Positions 40,327 to 52,342 of a stretch of DNA of 64,000 nucleotides are shown here, piece after piece; position 1 is the stretch's first letter; every line of letters starts with the position of its first letter. The notes below the pieces were generated by a model. The model ran no database searches. It was not told where the DNA came from and worked only from the letters and a program-made list of their open reading frames with translations. The DNA is from Leucoraja ocellata (Eukaryota): positions 4,278,001 to 4,342,000 of the forward strand of contig JAWMAR010000036.1 of assembly GCA_036785375.1 (NCBI GenBank). Reading direction: 5' to 3'. Made by a program: the position numbers and the translations under genes.

Positions 40327-40949
40327 GATACAAGATAGTCTATTTAAATTGGGATGGGTAATAATTTCTTCACTCTACGAACTTGGTGAACTTGTGAAGT
40401 TCTCCACCACAGACGGCAGCAAAGGCCAAATCATTGTTTCTTCGTAAAGGAGATGGATATCTTACCAAAGGCTAATGAAATCAAGGAATAAGAGGATAAA
40501 GCAGGAAGATAATTATGAGTCAGTGCCATTGTGTGTTATTTCAAAGTTGGTCAACTAAATTTCATGATTCAGACATGGCGTCTTGTTAGAGTGCCATCTG
40601 GCATGCACACAGCAGCATCCTGTGTCAGATGAACATCTGTTCCTGAATCCGGTCAGTGTAATTACTGCAGAAAAGAAAATATTTCCACATACTACATTGA
40701 AAGTTAGGCAGCTATAGTTTGTGAGATTGCTGTCTTTCAACCCCATAGTCTAACATGAGGATGGAAACAAAAATAAAAAAAAGGTCAATGATGTTAACTC
40801 AAGTTAATGACATACTGTTGAAAATTCTGAATGGACATAATGCTAATTCTGATTTTGCCCTAAATCATATTTCACTTTCATAATTTCTCCACAAATTATT
40901 TAATCTTCGTCTCAAGCTTCCAGGTAGATCAATTTATAGGTTGATATAA

Positions 40950-41045
40950 TGTAGTGTGATTTATAGTATAGGACTAGTGTATATGGGGCATGTTGGTCTG
41001 CGTGGGCAAGTTGGGCTGAAAGGCCTGTTTCCATGCTGTAGGATA
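40950..41045 (+). mobile_element. HE1-type SINE 3' fragment
   Basis: ataggactagtgtat...ttgggctgaaaggcctgtttccatgctgta. Confidence 0.6.
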
Positions 41046-41139
41046 CTATTACTTATTTTTCCACCCGATTCTTCACTTTCTTTCTCTTCCACTATCACAG
41101 TCTTGCGAATTACCGACCGGCACCAGCCCATGTCAACAG

Positions 41140-41358
41140 ATGGTGGTGAATCTTTAGAACTCTACCATGGAGGGATGTGGCGGCTGGATCTTTGGGGATG
41201 CTTAAAGAGGAAATAGAATCATTTTTGAGTAACCAGGGAATTGAGAGCTCTGGGGGACTGGCATGGAAGAAGAGACAAGGCCTGGGGGAAATAAGCATGT
41301 TGATGAATAGAGTGCAGGCTTGAGGGGCTGAGTAGCCTACTCCTACTATCATTTCCTT
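41140..41358 (+). mobile_element. CR1 3' end
   Basis: gtggtgaatctttagaactctacc ... gcaggcttgaggggctgagtagcctactcct. Confidence 0.7.
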
Positions 41359-41423
41359 CACTTGGGCTGGATTGTGCTGTGTTTACTTTTCTTCAACCCT
41401 TTCAGTTAGAATCGCCGGTGTTA

Positions 41424-41714
41424 TTTTAGTTTAGTTTGGAAACAGGCCCTTTGGCCCACCGAGTCTGCACTGACCAGTGATCTCTGTACACTAGCACTAT
41501 CCTACACACCAGGGACAATTTACTATATTTACTGAAGCCAATTAACCTACAAACCCGTAGGTCTTTGGAGTGTGGGGGAAAACCAGAGCACCCAGGGAAA
41601 ATCCATTCGGTCACGGGAAGAACATACAAACTCTTTGCAGACAGCATCCGCGGTAAGGATCGATCTCTGGTGCTGTAAGGCAGCAATTCTACCGCTGCGC
41701 CACTGTGCCACCCC
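41424..41714 (-). mobile_element. HE1-type SINE, full length
   Basis: (tttag)n tail, aaacaggcccttggcccaccgagtc, and head ctaccgctgcgccactgtgccaccc. Confidence 0.85.
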
Positions 41715-42539
41715 TTATTGTTAGAGATTGTTGGCCTATGGATAAGTAGGCAATGGGGATGTGTTACCCTTCTAACAGTCTTGTTTTAGTTTAATAGTTT
41801 TAATTTTTATAGCAGCTTTTATGTGATTCTAATTAAAAAATATTTCAAACCATATCAATCAGTTTTAATTAGGTAATTCATTTTAATAGTGTTTAAATGT
41901 CTCCAAATGTCTATGCCTTTCGCAAATTAATAAAATCAAACACAGCTGTCCTAAGTTGACCTTCCATAAGCATTTGTAGGTAAGGCCTCTTCGATTCGCT
42001 TTGTGGAGGCCAGTCACTGGTATTTCTTTCCTCCTTGACCCCACAGGTTTTATCCAAACATTCTTAATGTTTTTTGTTTATGATGAAAATCATCAGCATG
42101 CAATGCTGCTTTGATCTCCTCGGAAGCTGCTCAATGTTCTAAATAGGTGCATCATTTTCTATTTTTGTTTCAGTTTTTTATGTTTTATTCCAGCAGTATT
42201 GTTCTTTGACAAATTACAAGACCACCCCACCCTCTGTTTCTCCAGGAATCTTCTCTTTGGCAGCCATTTAGAAAGCATACGTCACATGAATTAAGACACA
42301 AAAGGATGATGTGCCCAGGACAAAATAGAAACATATTGAATCAGCAACATGGATGGCTGGGATAAGATTTTGTCTTTATCATTCAATTGGCAACCAAACA
42401 AAAAGAATAATTTTAAATAAATCAGTTTGGACTTGGTCTAGAATAGCATTGAGGTTGTTTCAATTGCTTATGACAACCAAATTGATTTTGAACTGTTTTG
42501 TCTTTCTGTCTTTAGCATAATTCTCCTTGCGGACATTAT

Positions 42540-43222
42540 AAACAAATTAATAATTTAACATGACATGCATAAATGCCGTAAATGTAGACGGGTTGGTTGG
42601 TAAGTTTGTAGATGACACCAAGATTGCTGGGGTCGTGTACTGTGAGGAAGGCTGTCAAAGTGTACAGCAGGACATAGATCAGCAACAGAAATGGGTGGAC
42701 AAATGGCAGATGGTCTAATCTGAGCAAGTGTGAGGTGTGGCACTTTGGGAGGTCAAATGTAAGGGGAAAATATACAATTAATGGCATGACCCTTCACAGC
42801 ATTGATACACAGAGGGATTTTGGGGTCCAAGCCCATGACACCCTGAAAGTGGTAACCCAAGTAGATATGCTGGTTTTACAGGGCTTTGGTTGGGCAGCAT
42901 CTAGAGTATTGTGGTTGCCCCATTACAGGAAGGATGTGGAGGCTTTGGAAAGAGTGCTGAGGTGGTTTACCAGAATGATGCCTGGATTAGGGGTGGTAGC
43001 GACAGGGAGAGGTTGGAACAGATTTGGATTGTTTTCTCTGGAGGTTTTTTACATAGAGGGTGATGAGCGCCTGCAACACACTGTTGGGGATTGTGGTTGA
43101 GGCGGATACGATAGTGGCATTTAAATGATTTTCAGGTAGGCAAATGGAGATGCAAGGAATAAAGGGACATGGATTATGTACAGGGAGATAAGAGTTGGGT
43201 TTGACATCATGTTCGGGCCAGA
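42540..43222 (+). mobile_element. CR1 LINE 3' part with deletions
   Basis: aagtttgtagatgacaccaagatt (KFADDTKI-like); ORF 42735-43100 reads WLPHYRKDVEALERVLRWFTRMMPGL. Confidence 0.85.
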
Positions 43223-43461
43223 CATTGAGAAAGATATTTCTATTCATTCATTGCTAGATGTAGGGAAAGTATTATTCTTATACAGAGATAGTGAAGGGGA
43301 TGAGGGAGATAGTGGGCAATTAGATCTGGGCATCAATCTCATACATGTGGACCCCAGGTCAGTGAATCTCAGGAATTCTCTGTGGCTCTTTGTGTTCCCC
43401 ATAAAATTGAATGCAGTCAGTCCAGCAGAATCTTTCAATACTACAACATCATACCATATGT

Positions 43462-43785
43462 CAGCACAGTGGCACAGTTGGTAGAGCTGCTGCCTCATAG
43501 TGCCAGAGATCTGGGTTTAATACTAACCTCAGTTGCTGTCTGTGTGGAGTTTGCACATTCTAGCTGTGACCATGTGGGTTTCCTACAGGTGCTCTTGTTT
43601 CCCCACACATCCCATAGATGTGCAGGTTTGAAGGTTAATTGGCCACTTTAAATTGCCCAGAGTGGGTAGAGAGTGGATGCAAAGGTGGGATAACATAGAA
43701 CTAGTGTTAATGGGTGATCGATTGTCAACATGCACTTGGTGGGCTGAAGGGTCTGTTCCCATGCAATATCTTTTAATCAATTAAT
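43462..43785 (+). mobile_element. HE1-type SINE
   Basis: gcacagtggcacagttggtagagctgctgcctc...gtggagtttgcacattc...gggctgaagggtctgtt. Confidence 0.8.
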
Positions 43786-43842
43786 ACATCAATTGTAAAC
43801 AACGGAAGAAAGAATGACATGCTGACCCCCAATTATTTATTG

Positions 43843-44088
43843 TGCGGCACAGTGGTACAGCGTCAGAGACCCAGGTTCGATCCTGACTACTTGTGTGTTC
43901 TCCCTGTGGGTTTTCTCTGGGTGTGTTGGTTTTCTCCCACGCTCCAAGGATTTACAGGTTTCTTGGTTAATTGTCTTTGGTAGGTTGTAAACTTGTCCCT
44001 AGTGCTAGTGTATTGTCGCTGGTCAGTACAGACTCGGTGGGCCGAAGGGCCTGTTTCTGCACTGTATGTCTAAAGTCTAAAAGTTTAA
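43843..44088 (+). mobile_element. HE1-type SINE
   Basis: gcggcacagtggtacagc...ggttcgatcctgactac...gggccgaagggcctgtttc, tail (tctaaag)n. Confidence 0.8.
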
Positions 44089-44179
44089 AGAAGGCTGGTT
44101 CTTAGATAGTCGGAACATTATTTTTTTTTCTCATTCAATTTCTGTACGTAGATTTGAAGGCAGTTTATTGCATTGTGAA

Positions 44180-44402
44180 AATAGACACAAAAAGCTGGAG
44201 TAACTCAGTGGGCCAAGCAGCATCTCTGGAGAGGAATGAGGGAGGTTTCGGTTGGAGACTCTTCTTCAGACTGGTCTCCACCAGTTCAGACTCCCACCTG
44301 TCTGAAGAAGGGCCTCGACCCAAAACATCACCCAGACTAGTCTGAAAAAGGGTCTCGACCCGAAACGTCACCAATTCCTTCTCTGCAGAATGCTGCCTGT
44401 CC
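44180..44402. mobile_element. Rearranged Penelope-tail element with three hammerhead-like cores
   Basis: Minus-strand copy ending cttcttcagactg (about 44273), then two plus-strand cores 40 bp apart (44302 and 44342). Confidence 0.8.
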
Positions 44403-44650
44403 TGGACCCATATGCTAATCCAGTAGCTTCTCAGCCAGTCTGGTGGGAACTATCGTGTTGAAGGCTGAACTGAAGTCTATGAACAGCATCCTCACATAGC
44501 CCCCCCTTCTGGCTGTCAAGATGAGAGAGAGAGCAGGGGGGCAGAACCTGGGAGACCGCATCATCCATGGATCTGTTCGGACGGTATGCGAATTGTAACG
44601 GGTCCATGTTGCGAGGGAGGATGGCGCAGATGTGTTTCTTCACCAGCCTC
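44403..44650 (-). mobile_element. Rex1/Babar-like RT fragment
   Basis: [18 protein letters not shown] (ORF 44431-44643); a shifted frame reads [18 protein letters not shown]. Confidence 0.85.
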
Positions 44651-45049
44651 TTAGTTCCTTCTTACATATTGCATTGTGAAGGTGGATTTCTCATTGTTTT
44701 GCTGCCAATAGATTCAATACAACTACGTTGCTTCTCCATCACTGCAGGGGGCAGTTTAGAGTCCAACATTTTGGTCAGGAGCTCACCCAGACCAGGTGGA
44801 TACAAAATATCCTTCTCTAAAGTACATAACTGGATCAGCTGATTTTTATAATGAACTGGCAACTTATTTTTGCTGAAGCCAACTTTCTATTTTTATGAGT
44901 TTATTTTTAGACGTACTGATGCAGATGCCACCCTTGACTTCACAAAATTGAGGCAGAGGCTACAGAAATAAAGTGTATGCTTTGAACCAGTAAAAGGAAC
45001 ACTGATTCAATTCTTCCAGCAACTGCAGTTCTTTCTTAAACAACTGATT

Positions 45050-45670
45050 CAATTCTGGTCACCACACTTTAGGAAGGATGTAAGAGCCCAAGAGAGAGTA
45101 CAGGGAAGATCTGCTAAAGATCTCGTTCCAGGGATGTGGGAGCTTCAACTCTGATGTTAACCTGGTAAAACTAGGCTTGTTCTCCATTGAAGAAGAGGGT
45201 ACAAGGAGATTTGATAGAGAATAAGAATATTACTGGGATAGAGATGGTAAAAAGAGTGAAATGCATTCCCTGCAGTGAATGCTGCAAGAACCAGAGATAC
45301 AAAACTAAAGTGTAGAGCAAAAAAAAAACCCAACATGGAGGTGAAGAGCAAGCTTCTAATTCTGAGTATTTAAGAAGGAACTGCAGATGCTGGAAAATCG
45401 AAGGTACACAAAAAAGCTGGAGAACCTCAGCGGGTGCAGCGGCATCTATGGAGCGAAGGAAATAGGCAACTTTTAGGGCTGAAACCCTTCTTCAGACTAA
45501 TTCTGAATAGTTCTGATATAGAACTTATTGCCTGGAATCTTGCTTCTCCAACGGGAATGAGTAAGCACTAGGAAGAAAATTAGTTCCAGGGCCACGGGGA
45601 ATGAGATGGGGATTGGATTCCTTTACAAAGAGCCACCATGAGCCAGATGGGCCAAATGTCCTTAACTATT
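45050..45670 (+). mobile_element. Old CR1 3' part (host of the 45369 insertion)
   Basis: caattctggtcaccacactttaggaaggatgt (QFWSPHFRKDV); ttgttctccattgaagaagagggtacaaggagatttgatagag. Confidence 0.7.
45369..45496 (-). mobile_element. Penelope-tail short element, single arm, 13-bp TSD
   Basis: ctaattctgagta (45356-45368) and ctaattctgaata (45497-45509); same subfamily as 6268 and 20740. Confidence 0.85.
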
Positions 45671-47019
45671 GCAATGTGTTGACAATTTAATTCCTAGTTC
45701 ACAATTGTCTAAAAGATGAATAGAATACTGCAGCCCTTCAATAAGCTGGCAATATTCTTTTTATATTTATTCATGAATGCTTTTCTGATTCTAATTAAGA
45801 TTTTAAAGCCAGCTGGAGAATAGATGAAGGATTTATAAAGACAATTAAGTATCATTTTGATTCAAGATTAATGTAATAGCTACAATGTAAACAGTCAATA
45901 AAAAAAAACAAGGTACTAAATGAAACAATTTAACTACAATTAACTCATTCTTCCCTTCCAAACGCAATATATCAGGCAGTTTCTGAGGAATAGTTCCTGA
46001 ACGGCTGGTTTATTTTGTGTTCCACTCTGCACAACTTAACTTTTAAGCAACGTGGAATTATGAATTAAAACATTTAATGGAACTGAAATTTAGTAGAGTG
46101 GAAATGTAACTGAAATTACCCACATTTATTCAAGATACCCAAGGGAATTTTTAAAATTTTCCACTCGGTCAGATATTTACTGATCTCTCCACAGATGATA
46201 GAGATTCTTGGCTGAGTTTTAGATATGCATTAAGGTTTCGTAATCCTGCTTCAGGCAGTAGCAGTAAAGTTAAACAATCACTGATTGACTTTTATTACCT
46301 CTGATTTTTCAGCCTGATAATATCAGGCACGCAGCTTGATGGACAGGTTTTTGTCGCATGTCCAAGTTATAGCCTTTGTAGATGGCAAACATGGCAAGCA
46401 ACTGAAGTGATTCTGTTGGGCGTTTGCTTGTGTGTTTTCATAATATTTGTTGTCTTTGTAATGGTAACCAGCTAACTTTAAAGATCCTGACTGGAAAAAA
46501 GATGTCTGTTTGCATGACTGTTTAAATTTATTTCGGACATCTTTTTGAGCAGCTGACGTAATTATTTTAAAGTGCAAAATTACAAATAAAACATTCAACA
46601 CAATGCCAATCATCCAGTGTCATTCACAGGATTTATTTAAGTGTGTCCTTTGTAACTTTTCTATAGTTTTGCTGTTGTTACTGTTAATGCAGCCTGCTGG
46701 GTGAAGACAGAAATGATTATAGATGGGCTGATTTAAGCAGATTGTAATTCTGTATTGCATGTTAGATTGTCATCAAGATTTAAAGATAACTGGTGCCACA
46801 TAAATGTATCTAGAAATTGAAGTCAGCATAAATTACTTCTCGCTGTAATTGTTACTGGATACCAATACCATTGCCCAGAGACCAGGTCACCTAGTTCTTG
46901 TGTTTTAACCTCTAAGCAATTAAACTCCAATGGTTTTGTGACTTATAAGATGTGACTGCACCTGGCAATGAGCGGTGTGATACACGCATTTAAACAGCAA
47001 CGCATTTGTGTTGCTGAGA

Positions 47020-48120
47020 GGTGCTGAGGTAGTGAGGAGCCTAAGAGGTTAGAGGTCTTCCAAACATCTTTTCGATTCGGGGGAGGTCCCTGAGGTTTGA
47101 AAGATTGCAAATCCCACATCTTGCTGAAAAAGAGAGCAGCTATAAATCAAATTACTATAAACCAATCAGTTTAAACTTAATGATGGAGCAAGTTCAAGAA
47201 ACCATGATCTTGGACAAAATTAGCAGTGACATTCAAGTACAGATTAATTTAAGAAAACCAGCATGGATTTGTGGAAATAATGTGGAGGGTTGATGAGGGA
47301 GATGCAGTTAATATATAGACTTTCAAAGGGCGGTTGATTAGGTATGGTGTGTTAGATTGTCATCAAGATTTAACTTCTTGGAGTAAAAGGGATTTAGCAG
47401 CATGGACACATATTTGGTGAAGTAACAGAAAACAGAGTAGAAGTGAAACATTTTTTTCAGTTTGAAGTGAATTCCGGTGTCTGATCAGTTGGTACTTGAG
47501 CCATTTATTTTATTAATGCATAGAAATAATTTGGATAAGTGTATAGATGGACAGACTGGTGGTTTTGACAGATAGATGGCAGGTGAAATTTTACACTGAG
47601 AATTGCAAGGCGTTATATTTTGGCAGAGACAATGAAAAGAGGTAATTTATACTGGAAGGCACCATTCTAAATGAATTACAGGAGCAGAGAGATCATAAAA
47701 TGTGCAACTATGGTTCACTGAAAGTAGTGGAGTCAGTGGAGAAAATCGTATAAAAAGCTATGGAAACTGGGGCAATGAGTACGTGAGCAAGGAAGTCATG
47801 ACAAACTTCTGTAAGACTTTGGTTTGGTTTGGCCAGAATTGAAGTAATGTATCTAGTTCTGGGAATTATACTTTTGGAAAGATGTAAATATTCTCGGAGA
47901 GGGTGCTAAAGACTTTTATGAAAATTATTCTGGGGATAAGGGATATTTGTTAAGTGAATAGACCAGGAGAGGCTGTTGTTATTCTCCAGGGAACAGAGGA
48001 GATTGTGAGGGAAGTTGACTGGAATCTTTCAAATTAGAAAGGTTAGAGAGAAAGTTAATAAAAATATAGTTTCCATTGGGGGAGGTCTCAAGAACCAAGT
48101 TACATAAAATGAAGGTGCAT
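47020..48120 (+). mobile_element. Decayed CR1 RT region
   Basis: aattactataaaccaatcagttta (NYRPISL-like), cagcatggattt (QHGF), gactttcaaagggcggttgat (DFQKAFD-like). Confidence 0.7.
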
Positions 48121-49069
48121 GGTTGGTGTAACTTGTGTGGCCTTCTGGATTACGCCTTTTCAGGAGGGGATGTGCTTTGTATCAAGCAAAATTTGAATGT
48201 TTGCAAGAACATAATGTTTTTGCCAGTGAATTGTTTTCCATGCAGGATCTAAGTGCATATCAGCTGCTTGGTGTTGACAGGTTTGTGTTTCAGTTAGAGA
48301 CAGGAAAATGATTCAAAAATGGATGAAAATTATACCAGAAACAAAGAACAAAGCAGGAAATGAACATCACTTAGGCTGAGTCTTAAAAAAATGTTACGGG
48401 TCGTTTCAAATGAAAAATAATACACTAAGTGCGCCTTAGTGTAGGCAGGACAGAGATTCTCATAGAATTGCTTCCAGGCATCATAATTGGCAGTACATGG
48501 TGGAAGATGTCAATCTGGCCTGAGTGTCCAGGTGTCTCATTCATCCTGTCCTATGTTTGTGTGTTCTCGGAGAGACCTAGTTGCATTCATAGGTCCAGGT
48601 GCCAGATGGGCTGGAGTCGACCTTTCATACCCCAAAACCTTAGTTTTAGGTTGAGAAATGTAATATTTTTCTCATAATTTATATTTTATTATCTGCATCC
48701 CTTTTATAAACGATGCACCTTTGTTAAAAACTTTACACCAATATGAGATAAGCAAGTTCTGGAAAGGCAAGTACTTTTGCTGGCCATTCCCAATGTGAAG
48801 CAGCAACAGATTCTTACGGTGTAGAGATAACAGGCAGGTAAACCATTGAAATGAAATCAGCAGCTATCCCTTGGGGAATTAAATAACAATTCCTGCAGGT
48901 AGAGTGAAAGTGAACACTATAACCCCAGATTAAAATATTGAACCACATTTAAAACATTGAAAAGCGTACATATAAAATTAACTTTTTGTTGTGAAATGGT
49001 TTGCAAGGCAATGATCAAACATCTGATGCTATTGCAAACTCTTTTGTTTTAAATATATTTCAGGATCTG

Positions 49070-49660
49070 AACATTGACAGCAAGGCTAGAGCTTATTGCG
49101 TATCTCTATTTGCTTCGTGAAGGTGGTGGTGAGCCACAGACTTAAATTAGAGCAGTAATTCTGGAGAATGTACTCCTGGAGAGCTGTTGTGTTCCAGGTG
49201 TTAGATCCAGTGAATAAGCAGGAATGAGGATTTATTTCCAAATCACAATGGGGTGATCTGTAGGTAGTTTTCTCATGCACCTGCTGTTTTTGTCAGAGAT
49301 CATGAGTTTGGGATATGCTGTTGGACGAGTCTGGGTGAATTACTTATATGCATTTTGTTAACTATACCCAATGCAGCCACCTGTACGGTGCAGCCAAACA
49401 TGCATTGATAGTCCAAGGAATGAATTTAGGCTGGTAGATGTGTGCCAATGAAGTAGGCTAGTTTGCCCTGGATGGCATCACGTTTGTTGATAGTTGCTGG
49501 AGCAGGACTCATACAGCTGATTAGAGAATTACCATTGCATTCTTGACCTGTGCCTTGTAGATGGTGGAGAGGTCTTAAAATGTCAATAGTCAATTGTTGC
49601 AAATTACCCTCTTCTAACCTGCTCCCACAGCTGTGGTATTAATGTGGCTAATCCGTGTGA
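49070..49660 (-). mobile_element. Ancient LINE 3' part (CR1/L2 group)
   Basis: gaaggtggtggtgagcc ... ttgacctgtgccttgtagatggtggagagg (minus strand TIYKAQV). Similar tail fragments lie at about 10120-10180 and 53230-53285. Confidence 0.5.
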
Positions 49661-49679
49661 GTTTCTTATATGGGCAGAC

Positions 49680-51300
49680 ATATACTTCAAACAGAAACTA
49701 CAAGGCTGTGGCTGAACATTTATAAGTTTTTGTGAGAGTTTAAGACCTTAATTTTCAGAGGGCCAGAGGCTCTGCTGGTGCACTGGAGGCAACGGCGAAT
49801 TTCATCACTGATTTCTGCTTCAGTACGAGGTGGATCCTGAGAATGGGAAGCATCCGTACTTCCAGGGTCTCATCATAAACCTTTATGGTTGGATGGATGC
49901 TGTTACAGAGTGGGGGCAAGTTGGCATGGAAAGTTAATTCTATGGAAGTGCACGGTCATTCTCTTATCTGCTAAGTAGATGATAACTTTAAACTTGGCTC
50001 CAAATATATGCATGCACAAGTGTCACCCACATATTACAGCTCAACGACTGAAGCTGTGATGACCTTGGTTCTGGATTGGAGACAGCATGGATAGAACAGT
50101 CTCCCATTTGTTCTATACATTAGCTTTACTCCAAAGCAGACTTGTTAGAGGTGAGGAACAGCATTTCAGCAAAGATTGTGAAAAGTGTTGGAGCATTGAT
50201 GTAGCCTTTCTTGACACCAGTCTGTCCTGAGATTGAACCGGTTGTGGACATGTTGCTTACGATCACTGCATCACTGCGTACAGGCCATCGGGTGGCGTCA
50301 TGTGGGCGCCATCATGTGGGCGGCACAGTGGTGCAGAGGTAGTGTTGCAGCAACAGAGACCCTGGTTCGATTCTGACTATGGGTGCTGTCTGAACGGAGA
50401 TTTTGTGTTCTCCCTGTGACCATGTGGGTTTTCAACGGGTGCTCCCGTATTCCTCCCACACCTCAAAGATGCAGAGATTTGTAGGTTAATTGACATTGGT
50501 AAAATTGTCTAGTGTGTAGGATAGTGTTAGTGTACGTGATCATTGGTCGGCAAGGAATGGTGGGTTGAAGGGCTTGTTTCGGTGCTGTATCTCTAAAAAA
50601 AAAAGTAACCTATAAAATGAAATAGAATTTATTCTAATTTGAGTCTCTCTCAATAGATGGTGCCAAAAGCTCTTTTGAGGTTAAAAATGGCCAAGCATAG
50701 TGGCTGGTGATGTTCCTTCCATTGCTCCTGGAGTTAGCGTATGGTGAAGGCCATGTCTACTCTGGCTCGAGACGGACAAATCCACACGGTGGTGTGGGAA
50801 GGAATTTTGGCCACGGTTAGGAGATTATTGAAGATGATGGCACTGACCATCAATGTCTTATGTTTGAAAATCATCATTATACCATGTCTCTGAGGTTCTC
50901 TAGTGCATTGTCCATGGCTCTGATATGCAAGATGTGGTCGTGATGTTGCCACAAATTTCTCCGCACCAAGTTTAGAAACCATCTATTCCCAGGGCCACCA
51001 TCTGTTCCCAGACTTTGCTGATTTTCAATTGGCCTTTTCAACTTTGTGCTGTCAGAGGAGCTGGTGAGGCTGCATTTTGCTGTGTGCTGTATTATGGAGA
51101 AGGACAGGCATGTCCAGAATATGGCACAGAAAAAGGCAGCCACTCAGCGGATCAGAAATCTTTTGGCAGATTCAAAGGAGTTTAGAGGCAATGACAAGAA
51201 ATAATGGAATAATGCAGTGATTCTGTGCAAATGCCAAACCTGAGGGGAAAGGGAAAGCGTGTCAGCAGTGAATGGTGGCCATGCTTATGCCAAGAGATTA
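49680..51300 (-). mobile_element. RTE-clade LINE RT remnant, split by a SINE
   Basis: Minus strand reads DMAFTIR*LQEQWKEHHQPLCLAIFNLKRAFGTI (about 50650-50760), TGVKKGYINAPTLFTIF (about 50170-50220) and EL*YVGD (about 50020-50042). These match RTE motifs RQLQEK, DLxKAFD, GVKQGCxxAPTLF and YADD. Confidence 0.75.
50318..50604 (+). mobile_element. HE1-type SINE
   Basis: gggcggcacagtggtgcagaggtag...ggttcgattctgactatggg...gctgtatctctaaaa. Confidence 0.85.
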
Positions 51301-51522
51301 GGTTTATACGAGAAATGACCCAGACTTTCACAACCAGGGATCAGGAACACAATAATCTCAAAGAATAAAAATCACAATTGAATTCGTACAAAGTGAGTGA
51401 AATATTATGGATTATTGAGTGTATTCCTCTGAGACTGATACTGTCTTGCCTGAAGCTTGCAAGTTCTCCTGTTTATCTGAATACCCCAAGCTTTTATCAG
51501 GGTACTAATGTCAAATCCATAC

Positions 51523-51772
51523 TTCAAACCTGACTACCGGTGCGGTCTGTACAAAGTTTGTATGTTCTGTCTGGGACCGCGTGAGATTTCTACGGGAGCT
51601 CCGTTTCCTCCCACACTTCAAAGATGTACATGTTTGTAAATTAATTGCCTTCAGTAAAAATTGTAAATTGCACATAGTGTGTAGAATAGTGCTCGTGTAC
51701 GAGGTGATTGCTGGTCAGTGCATACCTGTTGGGCTGAATGGCCTGTTTCTGCGCTGTATCTCTAAAGTCTAA
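51523..51772 (+). mobile_element. HE1-type SINE, 5'-truncated
   Basis: ttcaaacctgactaccggtgcggtctgtac...ggcctgtttctgcgctgtatctctaaagtctaa. Confidence 0.8.
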
Positions 51773-51881
51773 TGAAGAGTATCTGTGCTTAAAATGTCAT
51801 ATTCATCACATTATTTGGAAGTGCTAATAAGTGGAAAGTGTGCGGTCAGCTCATATTTCTATGTTGCCTTTAACAGTTTAA

Positions 51882-52342
51882 AGGGCACGTTCCACTTTTA
51901 ATTTTTTTAAAGGGCACGTTCCACAGGTTATTTTTAGGCGACTGTCATAGTCATAGTAAGTCGCCGAAAAGCCGGCGACTGGATCCCCTTTTGACATAAA
52001 ATTTGAAATTGAATCATTACTTTAACAACACCAAAAAAAACGAAGTCAGCACCGGCGACAACCTACGTTACCCGGCAACAACCTACGTTAACCTGGCGAC
52101 AACTACGACAGCACCTACATCAGGAGAAGTCAAGCTATGCTCATTGGCGTCAAACCCACTGTCACCGACTGTTTCAAAAAAAATTTCAACATGTTGAAAA
52201 TCCAGCATGACCAGAAAGACGCTACGACTCTTTGGGCGACTGAGGAGACTATTTACCACCATACAGGCGACACCCCGGCGACCATGTGGTGACAGCCTAG
52301 TTGCCTGTAGTCAACTAAAAAATAGCTTGTGGGACAGGCCCT
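51882..52342. mobile_element. PIF/Harbinger-like MITE with duplicated left terminus
   Basis: TAA-agggcacgttccac at 51879 and again at 51908; right end gtgggacaggccct-TAA (52329-52345); internal palindrome tttcaacatgttgaaa. Confidence 0.8.

Larger units (their letters stand above)
38570..40520 (+). mobile_element. Decayed CR1 LINE with nested inserts
   Basis: gggcctgatagttggcatcgcagagtatctgaa, gaggtcctgccgggatcagtgcctgggc (GVPQGSVLGP-like), tttagaagaatgagagaggtcctcattgaaacctataaa. Confidence 0.7.

Noticed and set aside
46312-46328. 8-bp inverted repeat gcctgata-a-tatcaggc
   Set aside because: One palindrome this short is expected by chance in 64 kb.
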